A model generated the notes under the pieces. The model made no database searches. It was not told where the DNA came from and saw only the letters and a program-made list of their open reading frames with translations. Below, piece by piece: positions 11,132 to 22,649 of a stretch of DNA of 64,000 nt; the stretch's first letter is position 1, and every line of letters begins with the position of its first letter. The DNA is from an uncultured Chloroflexia bacterium (lineage in GTDB: Bacteria > Chloroflexota > Limnocylindria > Limnocylindrales > CSP1-4). The stretch spans positions 768,312 through 832,311 of the forward strand of contig CAWDFY010000004.1 of the NCBI GenBank assembly GCA_963801745.1, read 5' to 3'. Both the position numbers and the translations under genes were made by a program.

Positions 11132-12253
11132 TCAGTCGCCCGCGACCCAGGAACCGCCGCGCATCACGCGGCACACGCGCAGGTCGTCGTCGAGCTCGAC
11201 GAGGTCGGCGCGCTGGCCGACCGCGATCCGCCCACGGTCGCCGACGCCGAGGAGGGCCAGCGGGTTGGCGCTCGCCGCGGCCACCGCGTCGGGCAGCGGC
11301 AGCCCGGCGGCCACGACGTTCCGCACGGCGCTGTCGAGCGCGATGACCGAGCCGGCCAGCGTGTCGGTGCCGGCCAGCGTCACCCGCTCCCCGACGACCT
11401 CGACGTCGAGGCCGCCGATCCGGCCCGGGCCGTCGCCCGTCCCGGCGACCGCGAGCGCGTCGCTCACCAGGAGCAGCCGGTCGGCCGGCTTGAGGCGGGT
11501 GATCAGCGGCCACAGCGCCGGATGGACGTGGACGCTGTCGGCGATGAGCTCGACATAGGCCGTGTCGTCGAGGAGCGCCGCGACCGCGACCCCGGGCGAT
11601 CGGTGGTCGACGCCGGTCATCGCGTTGAACAGGTGGGTCGTCGACGACGCACCCGCGGCATAGCCCGCCCGGGCCTCGTCGATGAGTGCCGCCGAGTGCC
11701 CGACCGACACCGCGACCCCCTGCTCGTGCAAGCGGCCGATGAGGTCGAGCGCGCCCGGCAGCTCGGGCGCGACCGTGGTCAGCCGGAGGCCGTCGACCAG
11801 CGCCTCCAGCGTCGACACCGGCAAGCCGTCCGGGGCCCGCAGGTGGGCCGCATCGTGGGCGCCCCGCCGGGCCGGTGCCAGGAACGGGCCCTCGAGATTG
11901 AACCCGAGCGGCTCGGCGCCATCGGCGGGCGCGTCGGGCTGCCACGCCCTCACCCGATGGGCGAAGGCGGCGAGGTCGTCGAGCGGCGCGCTGACCGCGG
12001 TCGGCAGGAACGACGTGACGCCCCGGCGCAGCAGCGCTCGAGCCATGCCATCGAGCGCGCCGGCGTCGCCCATCGCATCGTGGCCGCCCCATCCGTGGAC
12101 GTGGACGTCGACGAAACCGGGCGCGATGTAGCGGGCCTCCTCCACGGCCCCGACGTCGAGGTCGACCGCCGTGATCCGGCCGTCGTCGACCGTCACCCGA
12201 CCGGGCGCGACGCGATCGTCGAGGACGAGCCGCCCTTCGATCGTCGCGGTCAT
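11132..12253 (-). CDS. nagA: N-acetylglucosamine-6-phosphate deacetylase, intact
   Basis: 373 aa. GFVDVHVHGWGG (HxH), FNLEGPFL, SVGHSAA, THLFNAM and HPAL are NagA signature segments. ATG 12253 overlaps upstream stop. Confidence 0.9.
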   Translation of the reverse strand: MTATIEGRLVLDDRVAPGRVTVDDGRITAVDLDVGAVEEARYIAPGFVDVHVHGWGGHDAMGDAGALDGMARALLRRGVTSFLPTAVSAPLDDLAAFAHRVRAWQPDAPADGAEPLGFNLEGPFLAPARRGAHDAAHLRAPDGLPVSTLEALVDGLRLTTVAPELPGALDLIGRLHEQGVAVSVGHSAALIDEARAGYAAGASSTTHLFNAMTGVDHRSPGVAVAALLDDTAYVELIADSVHVHPALWPLITRLKPADRLLLVSDALAVAGTGDGPGRIGGLDVEVVGERVTLAGTDTLAGSVIALDSAVRNVVAAGLPLPDAVAAASANPLALLGVGDRGRIAVGQRADLVELDDDLRVCRVMRGGSWVAGD

Positions 12254-12990
12254 CGGGCCGCGTCGACCGGCGGCGCCTCGACGTCGAACTGGACGACGAG
12301 CGCGTAGCGCCCGGCCACGTAGCGCGACTCGGTGGCCTCGACCCGCCGGCCGTCGTCGTCCTCGATGACCCGGCGCTCGACGAGCAGCGGCTCGCCGACC
12401 CGCATCCCTAGGTGCCGGGCATCGTCCGACGTCGCCGCCGCGGCGGCGATCGTGCCGGTCCCGCGGCGCAGCCGGAAGCCGGCGCGTCCGAGGGTCTCGT
12501 GGAGCGAGCCCCGGGCGAGGTCGGCCGTCAGCACGGCGCTCGCGCAGGCGCCGATCAGGGCCGTAGTCTCGAGCGCGATCGGCTCGCCGTCGGCGAGGCG
12601 GAGCCTCCGCAGGTGGACGACGGGCTGGCGGGCCGGGATGCCCAGGCTGGTCGCCTCGAGATCGGATGCCGGTCGGATGACTCGGGTCAACACCCGCGAG
12701 CTCGGGACTCGGCCGGCCCGCTGCATCTCGCGGCTGAACGTCATCAGCCGGTTGGCGCGCCGGTGGGCGAGCGGCGTCGCGACGAAGCTGCCCCGGCCCG
12801 GCTCGCGGGTGATCAGCCCGTCCGCGGCCAGGCGCTGCATCGCGTTGCGGGCGGTCATCCGGCTGACCCCGAACTCCGCGCACAGGTCGGTGTCGGACGG
12901 CAGGCGCTCGCCGGGTGACAGCGTGGCGATCCGCTCCCGCAGGGCCTGCTCGATCTGGCGGTAGTGCGGCTGGTAGTCGGACTCGGTCAT
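12250..12990 (-). CDS. GntR/HutC-family transcriptional regulator, intact
   Basis: wHTH LPSDTDLCAEFGVSRMTARNAMQRLAADGLI followed by a UTRA-like effector domain; 246 aa. Confidence 0.9.
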   Translation of the reverse strand: MTESDYQPHYRQIEQALRERIATLSPGERLPSDTDLCAEFGVSRMTARNAMQRLAADGLITREPGRGSFVATPLAHRRANRLMTFSREMQRAGRVPSSRVLTRVIRPASDLEATSLGIPARQPVVHLRRLRLADGEPIALETTALIGACASAVLTADLARGSLHETLGRAGFRLRRGTGTIAAAAATSDDARHLGMRVGEPLLVERRVIEDDDGRRVEATESRYVAGRYALVVQFDVEAPPVDAAR

Positions 12991-13965
12991 GACGCCCCTG
13001 CCGGGATCGCCGCCGCCGGGCGGCCGTCCGCCCGGGCCGCCTCCGCGCCGTGGATCGCGGCACCGATCGCACCCGCCCAGGTCCCGAGCTCGGCGGTCAC
13101 GACCTCGACGTCGTCGAGCGACGTGGTGTGGACGCGGCTGCGCAGCTCCGTCGTGGATCGGGCCCGAGCAGCAGGTCGGCGGCCGCGGCGATGCCGCCGC
13201 CGATCACGACGCGGTCGGGCGTCACGACCGCGATCATGCTGGCGATGCCGATCCCGAGGTAGCGCCCGACTCGCGCGAAGCCCGCCGAGGGCCGCGGCGT
13301 CGCCGGCCCGCGCCCGCGTCGATCGCCTCCTCGACGGTGTCGGTGCCGCACGCCTCCGCGATGCGATCGGCCCGGGCGAACGCCTCGAGGCAGCCGCGAT
13401 TGCCGCAGCCGCACGACGGCCCGTCCGGATCGATCGTCTGGTGCCCGAGCTCGCCGCCGTGCCGTCGTGGCCCTGGTACACGCGGCCATCGACTGCGATC
13501 ACGCCGCCGACGCCGGTCCCGAGCGTGAACCCGATCATCGACGACGGCGCCGCGCGCCGGCCCCGAGCCGCAGCTCGGCGAGCCCGAACGCCCGCGCGTC
13601 GTTGATGAGCGCCGGCGGCACGCCGAGCGCGGCACCGACCGGCCCGGCCACCGGTACGCCGGCCCACGACGCCGGGAAGTTGACGAGGAAGCGGGTCGTG
13701 CCCGCCGCGGGGTCGTACAGCCCCGGGCACACCGATCCCGACCGATGGTGACGCCCGGGCACCGCGCCATCGCCTGTCGCGCCGACCTCGACGAGGCGCC
13801 CGACGACGGCGTCGGGACCGTCGGAGGCCATGGTCGGGACCTGCTCGCGGTCGATGACCCGCCACGCATCGGCGTCGTGCTCGACGACGACCGCACTTGA
13901 TGTTCGTCCCGCCGAGATCGAGCCCGAGGTGCCGGCTGGCCGACGGCGCGTCGCTCGCGCGCCAT
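12987..13965 (-). CDS. ROK-family sugar kinase (frame broken at least 5 times)
   Basis: Pieces across three frames: LGLDLGGTNIK; VVVEHDADAWRVID; GIGVPGLYDPAAGTTRFLVNFP..INDARAFGLAE; MIGFTLGTGVGGVIAVDGRVYQG; GGELGHQTIDPDGPSCGCGNRGCLEAF (ROK Zn motif); IVVTPDRVVIGGGIA. Confidence 0.8.
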
Positions 13966-14969
13966 CAGGTCTCCGCCGGTCACCCGCGTGTACGCGGCCG
14001 CGACGACGACGATGATCGCGCCGAACAGGATCTGGCGGACCGCTTCCGGGTAGCCCGAGCGACGTCAGCAGCGAGCCGACGACCGTCAGGATCAGGGCGC
14101 CGACGATCGTGCCGCCGAAGCCGCCGCGGCCACCCATGATCGACGTGCCGCCGATGACCGCCGCGGCGACCGACGGCAGCACGTAGCTGTCGGCGAGGGT
14201 CACGCTGGCGACGTTGGTCAGACCCGAGATCAGGAAGCCGGCGATCGCCGGCCAGCACCGCCGAGATGCACGTACAGCAGCGACGAGCACCTGCCACGCC
14301 CGGGCGCCGGACAGCCGCGCGGCGATCGGGTTGTCGCCGATCGCGTACAGCAGCCGGCCGTAGCCGGTCCGCCGCAGGCCGAGCAGGATCAGGAGCATGA
14401 TCGGCACGAAGACCACGAGGCTGTACGGGATGACCTGCAGGATCGTCCCGATCCCGAGCGTGCGCAATCCGGGCGGCACGCCGGCGCCGGTCTGGACCAT
14501 CTGGAGCTGCCACACGTTGGCGAGCCCGAGCACGACCAGGCTGATGCCGAGGGTCATGATCAGCGGGTGGACGCGGAAGACGCCCACGCCGACGCCGGTG
14601 ATCAGCCCGCGTGATCGCCGCGACGACCAGCGCCACGATGATGCCGACGCCGAGCCCCGGGCCGCCGACAAGCGTCGCGACGACGAACCCCGTCATCGAG
14701 GCGACGGCGCCGACCGACAGGTCGATGCCGCCGGTGAGCATCGTCAGCGTCTGGCAGCCGGCCAGGATCGCCAGCGGCACGGCGGCCCGCGTGATCGTGC
14801 CGATCCACTGGGTCGTGACGATGCCCGGGCGGACGAGCTCGCTGACCACGACGAGGATGCCGAGGAGCACGAGCAGCGGGACGATGGGCCGGTCGCGGAA
14901 GAGGCGCCGCCAGCCGTTGGCCGTGAGCCACGGGCTCCGTGTCCGGGGCGCGTCCGCCACGCTGGTCAC
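13965..14969 (-). CDS. ABC sugar transporter permease, ribose/xylose (CUT2) type (frame broken at least 3 times; 3' end approximate)
   Basis: GTG 14969 overlaps upstream stop (GTGA). LAILAGCQTLTMLTGGIDLSVGAV.., then IAGFLISGLTNVASVTLADSYVLPSVAAAVIGGTSIMGGRGGFGGTIVGALIL in another frame. Confidence 0.75.
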
Positions 14970-15977
14970 GCCCGCGTCCGCCGGATCTGGATGAGCGTCC
15001 CGAGCATGACCACGCCGATGAGGATGACCCCCTGGGCCACGGTCGCGAGATTGGTGTTCAGCCGCAGGAACGTCATGTCGGTGCGGATGAGCTGGAGGAT
15101 GAGCACGGCGACGATCGGACCGAAGAGTCCGCCGCGGCCACCGGCCAGGCTGACCCCGCCGAGGACGACTGCGGCCACGCTCAGCAGCGTGTACGGCCCG
15201 GGGACCGGCGTCCCGATCCCGGTGCTCGCGGTCAGGCTCAGGCCGGCCAGTGCGGCGAACAGGCCACCGATCGTGTAGGCGATCAACCTTCGTCCGGCCG
15301 ACCGACACGCCGCTCCGGAACGCCGCGAGCCGATCGCTGCCGATCGCGTAGATCGACAGGCCCAGCCTTGGAACGGCGGATCGGCATCCAGATCACCGCG
15401 ACGACGACGAGCAGCACGACCGCCGCCCTGGGGATCCACTCGATGCCGATCGACCCGACTTACCAGGTCCTTGAGCCATTCCGCCGAGGCGCCGCCCGGG
15501 CGCTGCAGGACGAGCAGCGCGCAGCCGGCCCACACGAACGACATCGCCAGCGTGACGACGATGTCGGGCACGCGGGTCAGGACGACCAGGCCGCCGTTGA
15601 TCGCGCCGAGGAGGAGGCCGAGGCAGCGAGGACGCCGATGCACGACGACGACGCCGAACCCCTCGCTCTGGTTCGCCATGAGCGCCGCCGCGACCACGTT
15701 CGTGAGCGCCATCATCGAGCCGATCGAGAGGTCGATCCCGCCCGAGATCACGACGATCGCCTGGGCGACCGCCGCCAGCGCCAGCGGGAGCACCGAGATC
15801 GCCAGGCCCTGGACCCCGCTGACGCCGTAGGTCGGCTGGATGAACCGGGTGAAGACGCAGCAGCAGCACGAGGAACCCGAGCAGGCCGATCGTCCAGGCG
15901 TTCCGGCGCGCCCAGTCGGCTAGTGCTTCGGCCGGTCGGGCCCGCGGCGCCTCGACCGGGCTCGCGGCGGCGGTCAT
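14966..15977 (-). CDS. ABC sugar transporter permease, ribose/xylose (CUT2) type (frame broken at least 3 times)
   Basis: N-terminus MTAAASPVEAPR..NAWTIGLLGFLVLLL (15977 frame), then LALAAVAQAIVVISGGIDLSIGSMMAL.. and LLSVAAVVLGGVSLAGGRGGLFGPIVAVLIL (14966 frame). Confidence 0.75.
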
Positions 15978-17573
15978 CGGTCGCTCACGTCGGCGGTCCC
16001 CTCGCCGCCGCTCTCGGCGGCCGCGCCCAGCCCCTCTGCCGCGACCTCCTCGGCCGCGACCTCCTCGGGCAGCGCCGCGTCCGACTTGAGGTTGTACGCC
16101 GCGCGCAGCAGCGCCGGCTCGTCGGCGTCGGCGGCGTCGAGCTCGGCGACGACCCGCCCGCCGAAGATGACGATCGCGCGGTCGCAGGCGAGCTGGATCT
16201 CCTTGAGCTCGGACGTGTAGAGCAGGACCGCGGCGCCCGCCTCGGCCAGGTCGCGGAGCAGCACGTAGATCTGGTGCTTGGTGCGGATGTCGATGCCACG
16301 GGTCGGGTCGAAGCAGAGCATCGTCCGCACGCCGCCCGCCACCCAGCGGGCGATCGTCACCTTCTGCTGGTTGCCACCGGACAGGCGGCGCACCTCGCGC
16401 CGCGGCACGCGTGTCGATCTGGAGCGTGCTCGATCGCCGTGTCGACCTGCTTGCGCTCCTCGCCCGAGGTCGATCGGACCCCAGCGGCTGATCCGCGACG
16501 AGAACGGCAGCGCGATGTTCTCGCGCACCGAGCGCTGCATGAGCAGCGCCTCGGCGCGGTCGGCGGGCACGTAGACGAGACCGGCCCGGATGGCGTCGGC
16601 CGGGTGGCGGAACGAGACCGGGCGATCCGTCGACGAGCAGCTCGCCGCGCGCTCGGTCGCTCCGAGCCGGCCAGGATGTCGAACAGCTCGTCCTGGCCCT
16701 GGCCCTCGAGCGCGACGACGCCGAGCACCTCGCCCGGGTAGAGGTCGAACGACACGTCCTCGAGCTTCGTGCTCGCCGTCAGGCCGCGAGCGGAGATGCG
16801 CGGCGGCACGTCGGCGGGCCGCGTCGGCGCCGGCGATGCGTTCGGCGGCCGCCGGCATGTCGTCGACGATCTCGCCGAGCATCAGCTCGACGATCCGATC
16901 CTCGGAACCCGGCGTCACGTCGACGACGCCGACCGTCTCGCCCTCGCGCAGGACCGTCGCCCGGTCGCACACCGCGGCGATCTCGATCATCCGGTGGGAG
17001 ATGAAGATGACGGAGCTGCTCGCCGCCGCGCTGGCGGCCGATGACCTCGAGGACGCGCTCGGTGAGGTTCGCGGGCAGGGCCGCGGTCATCTCGTCGAGC
17101 ATCAGCACGTCGGGCTCGATGGCCAGCGCCCGGGCGAGGTCGATGATCCGGAGCGACGCGAGCGGGACCTGACGCGCCAGGTCGGACAGGTCGAGGTCGG
17201 TCAGGCCGAGCTCGGTCACCCAGTGGCGGAACGCCTCGAGCGGCGTCTCGGTCAGTCGCAGGTTCGAGCGGATGTCGAGGTCGGGGATGAGCGCCGGTTC
17301 CTGGTAGACCGACACGATGCCGCCGCGCCGGGCCTCGGCGGGCGAGTGGGCGACCCGCTCGCGGCCCGGACGGTGATGCGTGCCGCCGTCGGGCTGGACG
17401 GCGCCGGTGAGGATCTTGACGAGCGTGCTCTTGCCGGCGCCGTTGGCGCCCATGAGCGCGTGGACCTCGCCGGGTCGGACCGCCAGCGACGCCGACCGCA
17501 GCGCGACGACCGCTCCATAGGTCTTGGAGACGCCGGTCGCCTCGAGCAGGTGGTCCGTGGCCGCGACTGTCAT
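15974..17573 (-). CDS. ABC sugar transporter ATP-binding protein with two nucleotide-binding domains (frame broken at least 4 times)
   Basis: LLEATGVSKTYGAVVALRSASLAVRPGEVHALMGANGAGKSTL (Walker A) in the N-terminal half. LSGGNQQKVTIARW (signature) and MLCFDPTRGID (Walker B) in the C-terminal half. Confidence 0.85.
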
Positions 17574-17649
17574 CGGTCCTCGGATAGTACTCACGGGAGG
17601 TGCCGGCGAGGCCGACACCTCCCGTGGTGGGACGATGGGCTGAGGGAGT

Positions 17650-18822
17650 CTAGGACTCGCCCGGGCCCTTGCAGGCGACGGCCTGCTCCGGGGTGTACGT
17701 CGGTGAAGCCCTCGATCTCGAGACCGAGCGGCCACAGCGGGTCGAGCCCGTCGACCTGCCACGACTGGAGCGTGGTCTTGCCGGCGATCGCTGATGTTGT
17801 CGGCGAGGACCGGCTTGAGCAGGACCGTGTTCGGCTGCGTCGCCGTCGGGTCCGTCTCGGGGGTCTCACCGTGGAGGATGCGGAGCGCCAGGTTGACGCC
17901 CGCGCCACCGACGGCGGCGGTGTTGGTGACCGCGGCGCCCTTGAGGCTCCGTCTCGGTCAGCAGCTGGTTGACGAAGGCACCGAGGTCCGCGCCGACGAT
18001 CGGCACGAACGGCTTGTTGGCGCCCTTGATGGCGTCGACGACCTGCGAGTCCATGCCCGACGTCCAGATGCCCTGGATGTCGTCGTACTGGCCGCTCGCG
18101 ATGAAGTCGTTGATCAGGGTCGTGGTGGTGGCCGGATCCCAGCCGGTGGCGACGCCATCGGCATTCGGGACGACCTTGATGCCCGGATAGTCCTTCGAGG
18201 ACCTCCTTGAAGCCGATGTCACGGTCGCTGTCGGCCGGGTGACCGGCGAGACCGCGCATGTAGTACACGGTGCCGTTGCCGCCGAGCTGCTCGAACAGCC
18301 ACTTGGCGCCGAGCTTCGCGTACTCCACCTGGTTGTTGTAGAGGTTGTAGGTGTCCGGATTCGGTGACGTAGGCGTCGACCGAGACGGTCGGGATGCCCG
18401 CGGCCTTGGCCTCTTCGAGCGCCGGGTTGAGCGCCGCCGGATCGTTCGGGTTGAACACGATCGCGTCGACGTCGGCCGCGATCAGGTCGCGGATGTCCGA
18501 CAGCTGGCCGGCGGCGTCCGTGTTCCGGTGGATACGTGACGAGCTCGGAGACCTGGCCGGAGGCGAGCGCCTCGGCCTTGGCGGTGCAGACCTGCTCCTC
18601 GCGGAAGCCGTTGCCGACGCCACCACCGTTGGAGTAGCCGATCTTGAACTGCGCCGCTGCCGAGGCCGATGCGGACTCGGACGCGGCCGGTGCCGATGCG
18701 GACTCGGACGCGGCCGGCGCGGAGCTCGGCGCAGCCGACCCGCCCGGGGTCGAGCACGCGACCGCGAGTACCGCGATCGAGGCCAGACCGAGCAGCCGCT
18801 TGGGGATGGACTTCTGGATCAT
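17650..18822 (-). CDS. ABC sugar-binding lipoprotein, periplasmic-binding (ribose-type) fold (frame broken at least 4 times)
   Basis: Lipoprotein signal MIQKSIPKRLLGLASIAVLAVAC. FKIGYSNGGGVGNGFREEQ; AKAAGIPTVSVDAYV; AKWLFEQLGGNGTVYYMRGLAGHPADSDR; DYPGIKVVPNADGVATGWD..GIWTSGMDSQVVDAIKGA. Restored stop TAG 17650-17652. Confidence 0.75.
18665..18718 (-). repeat. 27-bp tandem duplication (26/27 identical) inside the sugar-binding lipoprotein linker
   Basis: GCCGATGCGGACTCGGACGCGGCCGG(T/C) occurs twice on the plus strand and encodes the repeated APAASESAS just after the lipobox. Confidence 0.85.
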
Positions 18823-18942
18823 TCGCTCTCCTCCTCATGTACCGGCGCGCCGATCTGGTCGCGCCGTGGAATCGACTGAGATACGTGAACCCCGGATCCG
18901 CGATCTATCGTCGCCACCTCCTCCGCGTCGCGCCCGCCGTCA

Positions 18943-19738
18943 TCACGCCTCCCTTGTGATGGCCCGAGCGATGCGTCGCGCGTGCTCCTGATACGCGGCA
19001 TCGAACAATGCCCGCGAGCGCTCGGCGCCGACGACCGAGGCCCGGGTGATGGTCGGCGGCAACGCCCCTCGCTCCGCGAGGAGCTGGGCGGTCCGCACCT
19101 TGATGCTGTTGACGACGGCCACGGCAGCGAGGGTCGATCCCGGTCCGACCGGGGTGTCGACACCATCGATGTCGATGAGCGCGTCGGCGTGGGGCGTGCA
19201 CAGGTCGATGACCAGGTCGGCCTCGTCCGCAAGGCGGACGCCCGTGACCGGGTCGGGTTCCCCGGTCGTCGACTGCGCGACGGAGGTTACAGCGACGACG
19301 CGAAGCCCGCGCGCACGGGCGCCGCGGGCCATCTCGACCGGGACCGCTGTCGCGCCGCCGGCCGAGAAGACGATCATCACGTCCTTGGGCCCGAACACGA
19401 AGTTCGACAGGATCACGCTCGGCCAATCCCGGCATCCGCTCGATGGCCATCGCCTGGCGCTGGCCGTTCGCTCCGACCACCTGCGTGTGGAACGTCATCG
19501 ACAGCTCGACGATCGGGTTGAAGCCGGGATAGGAGCCGTAGCGCGGGAACATCTCCTCGACCGGGATGCGCGAGTGACCGGTCCCGAACAGGTGGACGAG
19601 ACCGTCGGCCGCGATCGCCTCGGCGCACCACTGGCTCGCGCGCTCCATCGCGTCGGCCTGCGTCCCGGCGAGCCGGTCGAGCACGACGCGGGCGGCGTCG
19701 AGCCAGGCCAGCACCGGGGCGGCCGTGGCGGCGCCCAT
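18943..19738 (-). CDS. SIS-domain (phosphosugar isomerase/binding) protein (one frame break near 19415)
   Basis: ATG 19738 overlaps deoC stop (TGATG). [28 protein letters not shown].., then [34 protein letters not shown] in the 18943 frame. Confidence 0.75.
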
Positions 19739-20491
19739 CAGTACGAGCCCGCCCCGTCGGCGGTCGTGCCGCTGGTCGCCGCGGCCGCTGTCCGCCCGGC
19801 CTTGCGGGCCCGGAAGTCGTCGATGATCGCCTTCGTGGCGGTCGCCCCGATGCGGGTCACTCCGAGGTCCATGACGTCGATGCAGGGCGTCGAGCGTGCG
19901 CACGCCGCCGGCCGCCTTGACCCCGATGTGCGGCGACGTGTTGGCGCGCATCAGCCGCAGGTCGTCGTGGGTCGCGCCGCCCGGCGCGAAGCCTGTCGAC
20001 GTCTTGACGAAGTCCGCCCCGGCGGCCTCCGACAGGCGGCAGGCGCGGACCTTCTCGTCGTCCGTGAGGTAGGCGTTCTCGAAGATGACCTTGACGATCG
20101 CGCCGCCGGCGTGGGCGACGTCGACCACGGCCCGATGTCGGCCTCGACGTCGGCGTCGCGACCGGATCGCAGCGCGCCGATCTGGATGACCATGTCGAGC
20201 TCGGTGGCGCCGTCGGCCAGCGCCTGGCGCGCTTCGAACACCTTCGTCGCCGTCGGCTGGCCACCGTGGGGGAACCCGATGACCGTGCCGACGGCGACGT
20301 CGGTGTCGTGGAGAAGCGAGACGGCCCGGGTGACATCCGACGGGGCGGACGCACACCGATGCGACGTCGTAGTCGGCCGCCAGGCGGCAGCCGTCCTCGA
20401 TGAACGCGTCGTCGAGCTCGGGACGCAGCAGCGAATGGTCGATGGTCTTCGCGATGTCGCGCTCGGTGAGGTCGTCGATCGAGTGTGTCAT
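19738..20491 (-). CDS. deoC: deoxyribose-phosphate aldolase family (DeoC-type class I aldolase) (frame broken at least 3 times)
   Basis: [55 protein letters not shown] and [11 protein letters not shown] (Schiff-base Lys context). Restored C-terminus ends TGA 19738-19740. Confidence 0.8.
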
Positions 20492-20495
20492 GGCC

Positions 20496-21412
20496 TCAGT
20501 GACAGTACGGCCGCAGGACGTCGCGGGCGATGAGGAACCCCTGCTTGACCTTCTCGTCGGTGCCCTCGAAGCGGCGGTCCTCGTGCTCGATGATGCAGTC
20601 GCCCTCGTAACCCTGGCGGTACAGCTCGCCGTGGACGACGCCCCAGTCGACCTCGCCGAGGCCGGGCAGGCGCGGGATCTGCCAGCCCATCCCCATCGAG
20701 AAGATGCCGCGCTCGTAGAGCCCGTCGCGGTCGATCATCAGGTCCTTGGCCTGGTAGTGCAGGACGTGCGGCCCGAACTCCTTGAGGAACCGCTGGATGT
20801 CGATCATCTGGAGGATCAGGTGCGACGGGTCGAAGTTGAGACCGATCGTGTCGCCCCATTGTTCGAGGATGCGACGCCACTGGCGCGGCGTGGTGGCGAT
20901 GTTGTGGCCGCCTGGCCACTCGTCGTACGAGAACAGCATCGGGCAGTTCTCGAGGGTGATCTTCACGCCCTGGTCGTTGGCGAACGCGACGATGTCTGGC
21001 CAGACCCGCAGCGCCTCCTCCCAGTTGTCGTCGAGGTGCCTGGCGCCGTCGCCGCCCATGAACGTGTTGACCAGCGGGATGCCCATCTTCGCGGGCCGCG
21101 ACCATCACGGCCTTGAGGTGGTCGATGACCTCGGCGCGGTGCTCGGGGTCCGGGTGGAGCGGGTTCGGGTAGTAGCCGAGCCCGGAGATCGACAGGCCCT
21201 TCGACGGCGATCTCGTCGACGATCTCGGTGGCCTGTCCATCGGACAGGTTCCGGACGTCGATGTGGCTCGTCCCCGCATAGCGGCGCACCGGACCGTCGG
21301 CCCTGGGCCAGCAGGCGATCTCGAGGACCTCGAAGTCGGCGCTGGCGGCCCAGTCGGCGACCTCCATGAGCGGCGTGTCCGGGAACGGGGCGGTCAGGAA
21401 CCCGAGCTTCAT
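20496..21412 (-). CDS. sugar phosphate isomerase/epimerase, xylose-isomerase-like TIM barrel (2 frame breaks)
   Basis: [36 protein letters not shown]; [30 protein letters not shown]; [33 protein letters not shown]. Confidence 0.8.
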
Positions 21413-22621
21413 CAGTGGTGCCACCTCCGAGGTCGCGTGGTGGCGGACGGGCTCGCCGGTCACGCCGCGCTGGACATCGACCCAGCGCCCCTCGCGGGCG
21501 CTGCGCGCGATCGCCTCGCCGACGAGCATCTCGTCGTGGCCCGTCGGCGAAGGTCGGGTAGCCGGGCGGGGAGGAGGGCCGCCCGGCCACGACGTCCGCG
21601 TAGACGGCCCGGAAGTGGGCGCAGAACGTGTCGAAGAACCCCTCGACGTGGCCGGCCGGCAGCGCCGACGCCGCCTTGCCGGCGGCGCCCATCAGGGCCG
21701 GGTTGCGGATGCAGGATCTCGTTGGGCCGCTCGCGATGGCCGATCCACGCCTGGTCGGGCTGCTCGCTGTCCCACGCCCACGCGCCGTCGGAGCCGTCGA
21801 TCTCGTAGACCAGCGAGTTCTTCCGACCGGGGCTGATCTGGGAGATGCTCACCGCGCCTCGTGCGCCGCCGTCGAAGCGCAGCAGGATCGTGGCGGTGTC
21901 CTCGGTCGCGATGTCCCGCTCGATGGTCTCGGCCGAGCGGTCGGTCGAGAACGTCTCGACCGGGCCGGTCGGTTCCTGGCGGGTCGCGATGAAGGTCGTC
22001 AGGTCGGCCATGACCGACGCCACGTGCTGGCCGGTGACGTACGTCATCAGGTCGAGCCAGTGCGAGCCGATGTCGCCGACGGCCCGGAGCGCGCCGCCGC
22101 GGTCGGGCTGCAGCCGCCAGTTCCAGTCGCTGTCGAGCAGCAGCCAGTCCTGGAAGTAGCGGCCGGTCACGAGCCGGACCTCGCCGAGACCGCCGCCGGC
22201 GATCAGCTCGCGCGCGTGCTGGTTGAGCGGGTAGTAGCGGATGTTGAAGTTCGTCGCGTTGACGAGGCCGCATTCGGCCGCCAGCTCGACGAGCTCGGCC
22301 GAGTCGTCGGCGGTCATCGCCAGCGGCTTCTCGCAGACGACGTGCTTGCCCGCATCGAGCGCCGCGCGTGCCTGGCTGACGTGGAGGTCGTTGGGGGAGG
22401 TAACGTGGACGACGCGCACGCGGTCGTCGGCGAGCAGGTCGTCGAGCGAGCGATACGCCTTGCGGGACGCCGAGCGCATCGGCTCGTGCCGCGCCGCGCT
22501 CAGCGGTGCTGCCGAGCACGCCGTGGACGGTCACGCCGATGCGGCGCAGCGCCTCGACATGCACGGTGCCGATGAACCCTGTGCCGATCACCGCGGCGCC
22601 GATCGTGGCGAGATTCGCCAT
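21412..22621 (-). CDS. Gfo/Idh/MocA-family NAD(P)-dependent oxidoreductase (frame broken at least 3 times; 3' end approximate)
   Basis: AGGAGGA upstream of ATG 22621. IGAAVIGTGFIGTVHVEAL (Rossmann), VHVTSPNDLHVSQARAALDAGKHVVCEKPLA (EKP motif), and the C-terminal piece HVEGFFDTFCAHFRAVYADV. Confidence 0.8.
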
Positions 22622-22649
22622 GGCGTCGGGTCTCCTCCTGCCGGCGCAT

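Noticed and set aside
18905-20491. A 528-aa ORF suggesting a fused DeoC-SIS protein.
   Set aside because: The C-terminus of DeoC, restored by one frame shift, ends at TGA 19738-19740, overlapping the ATG of the SIS gene (TGATG). The fusion arises only because the broken frame skips that stop.
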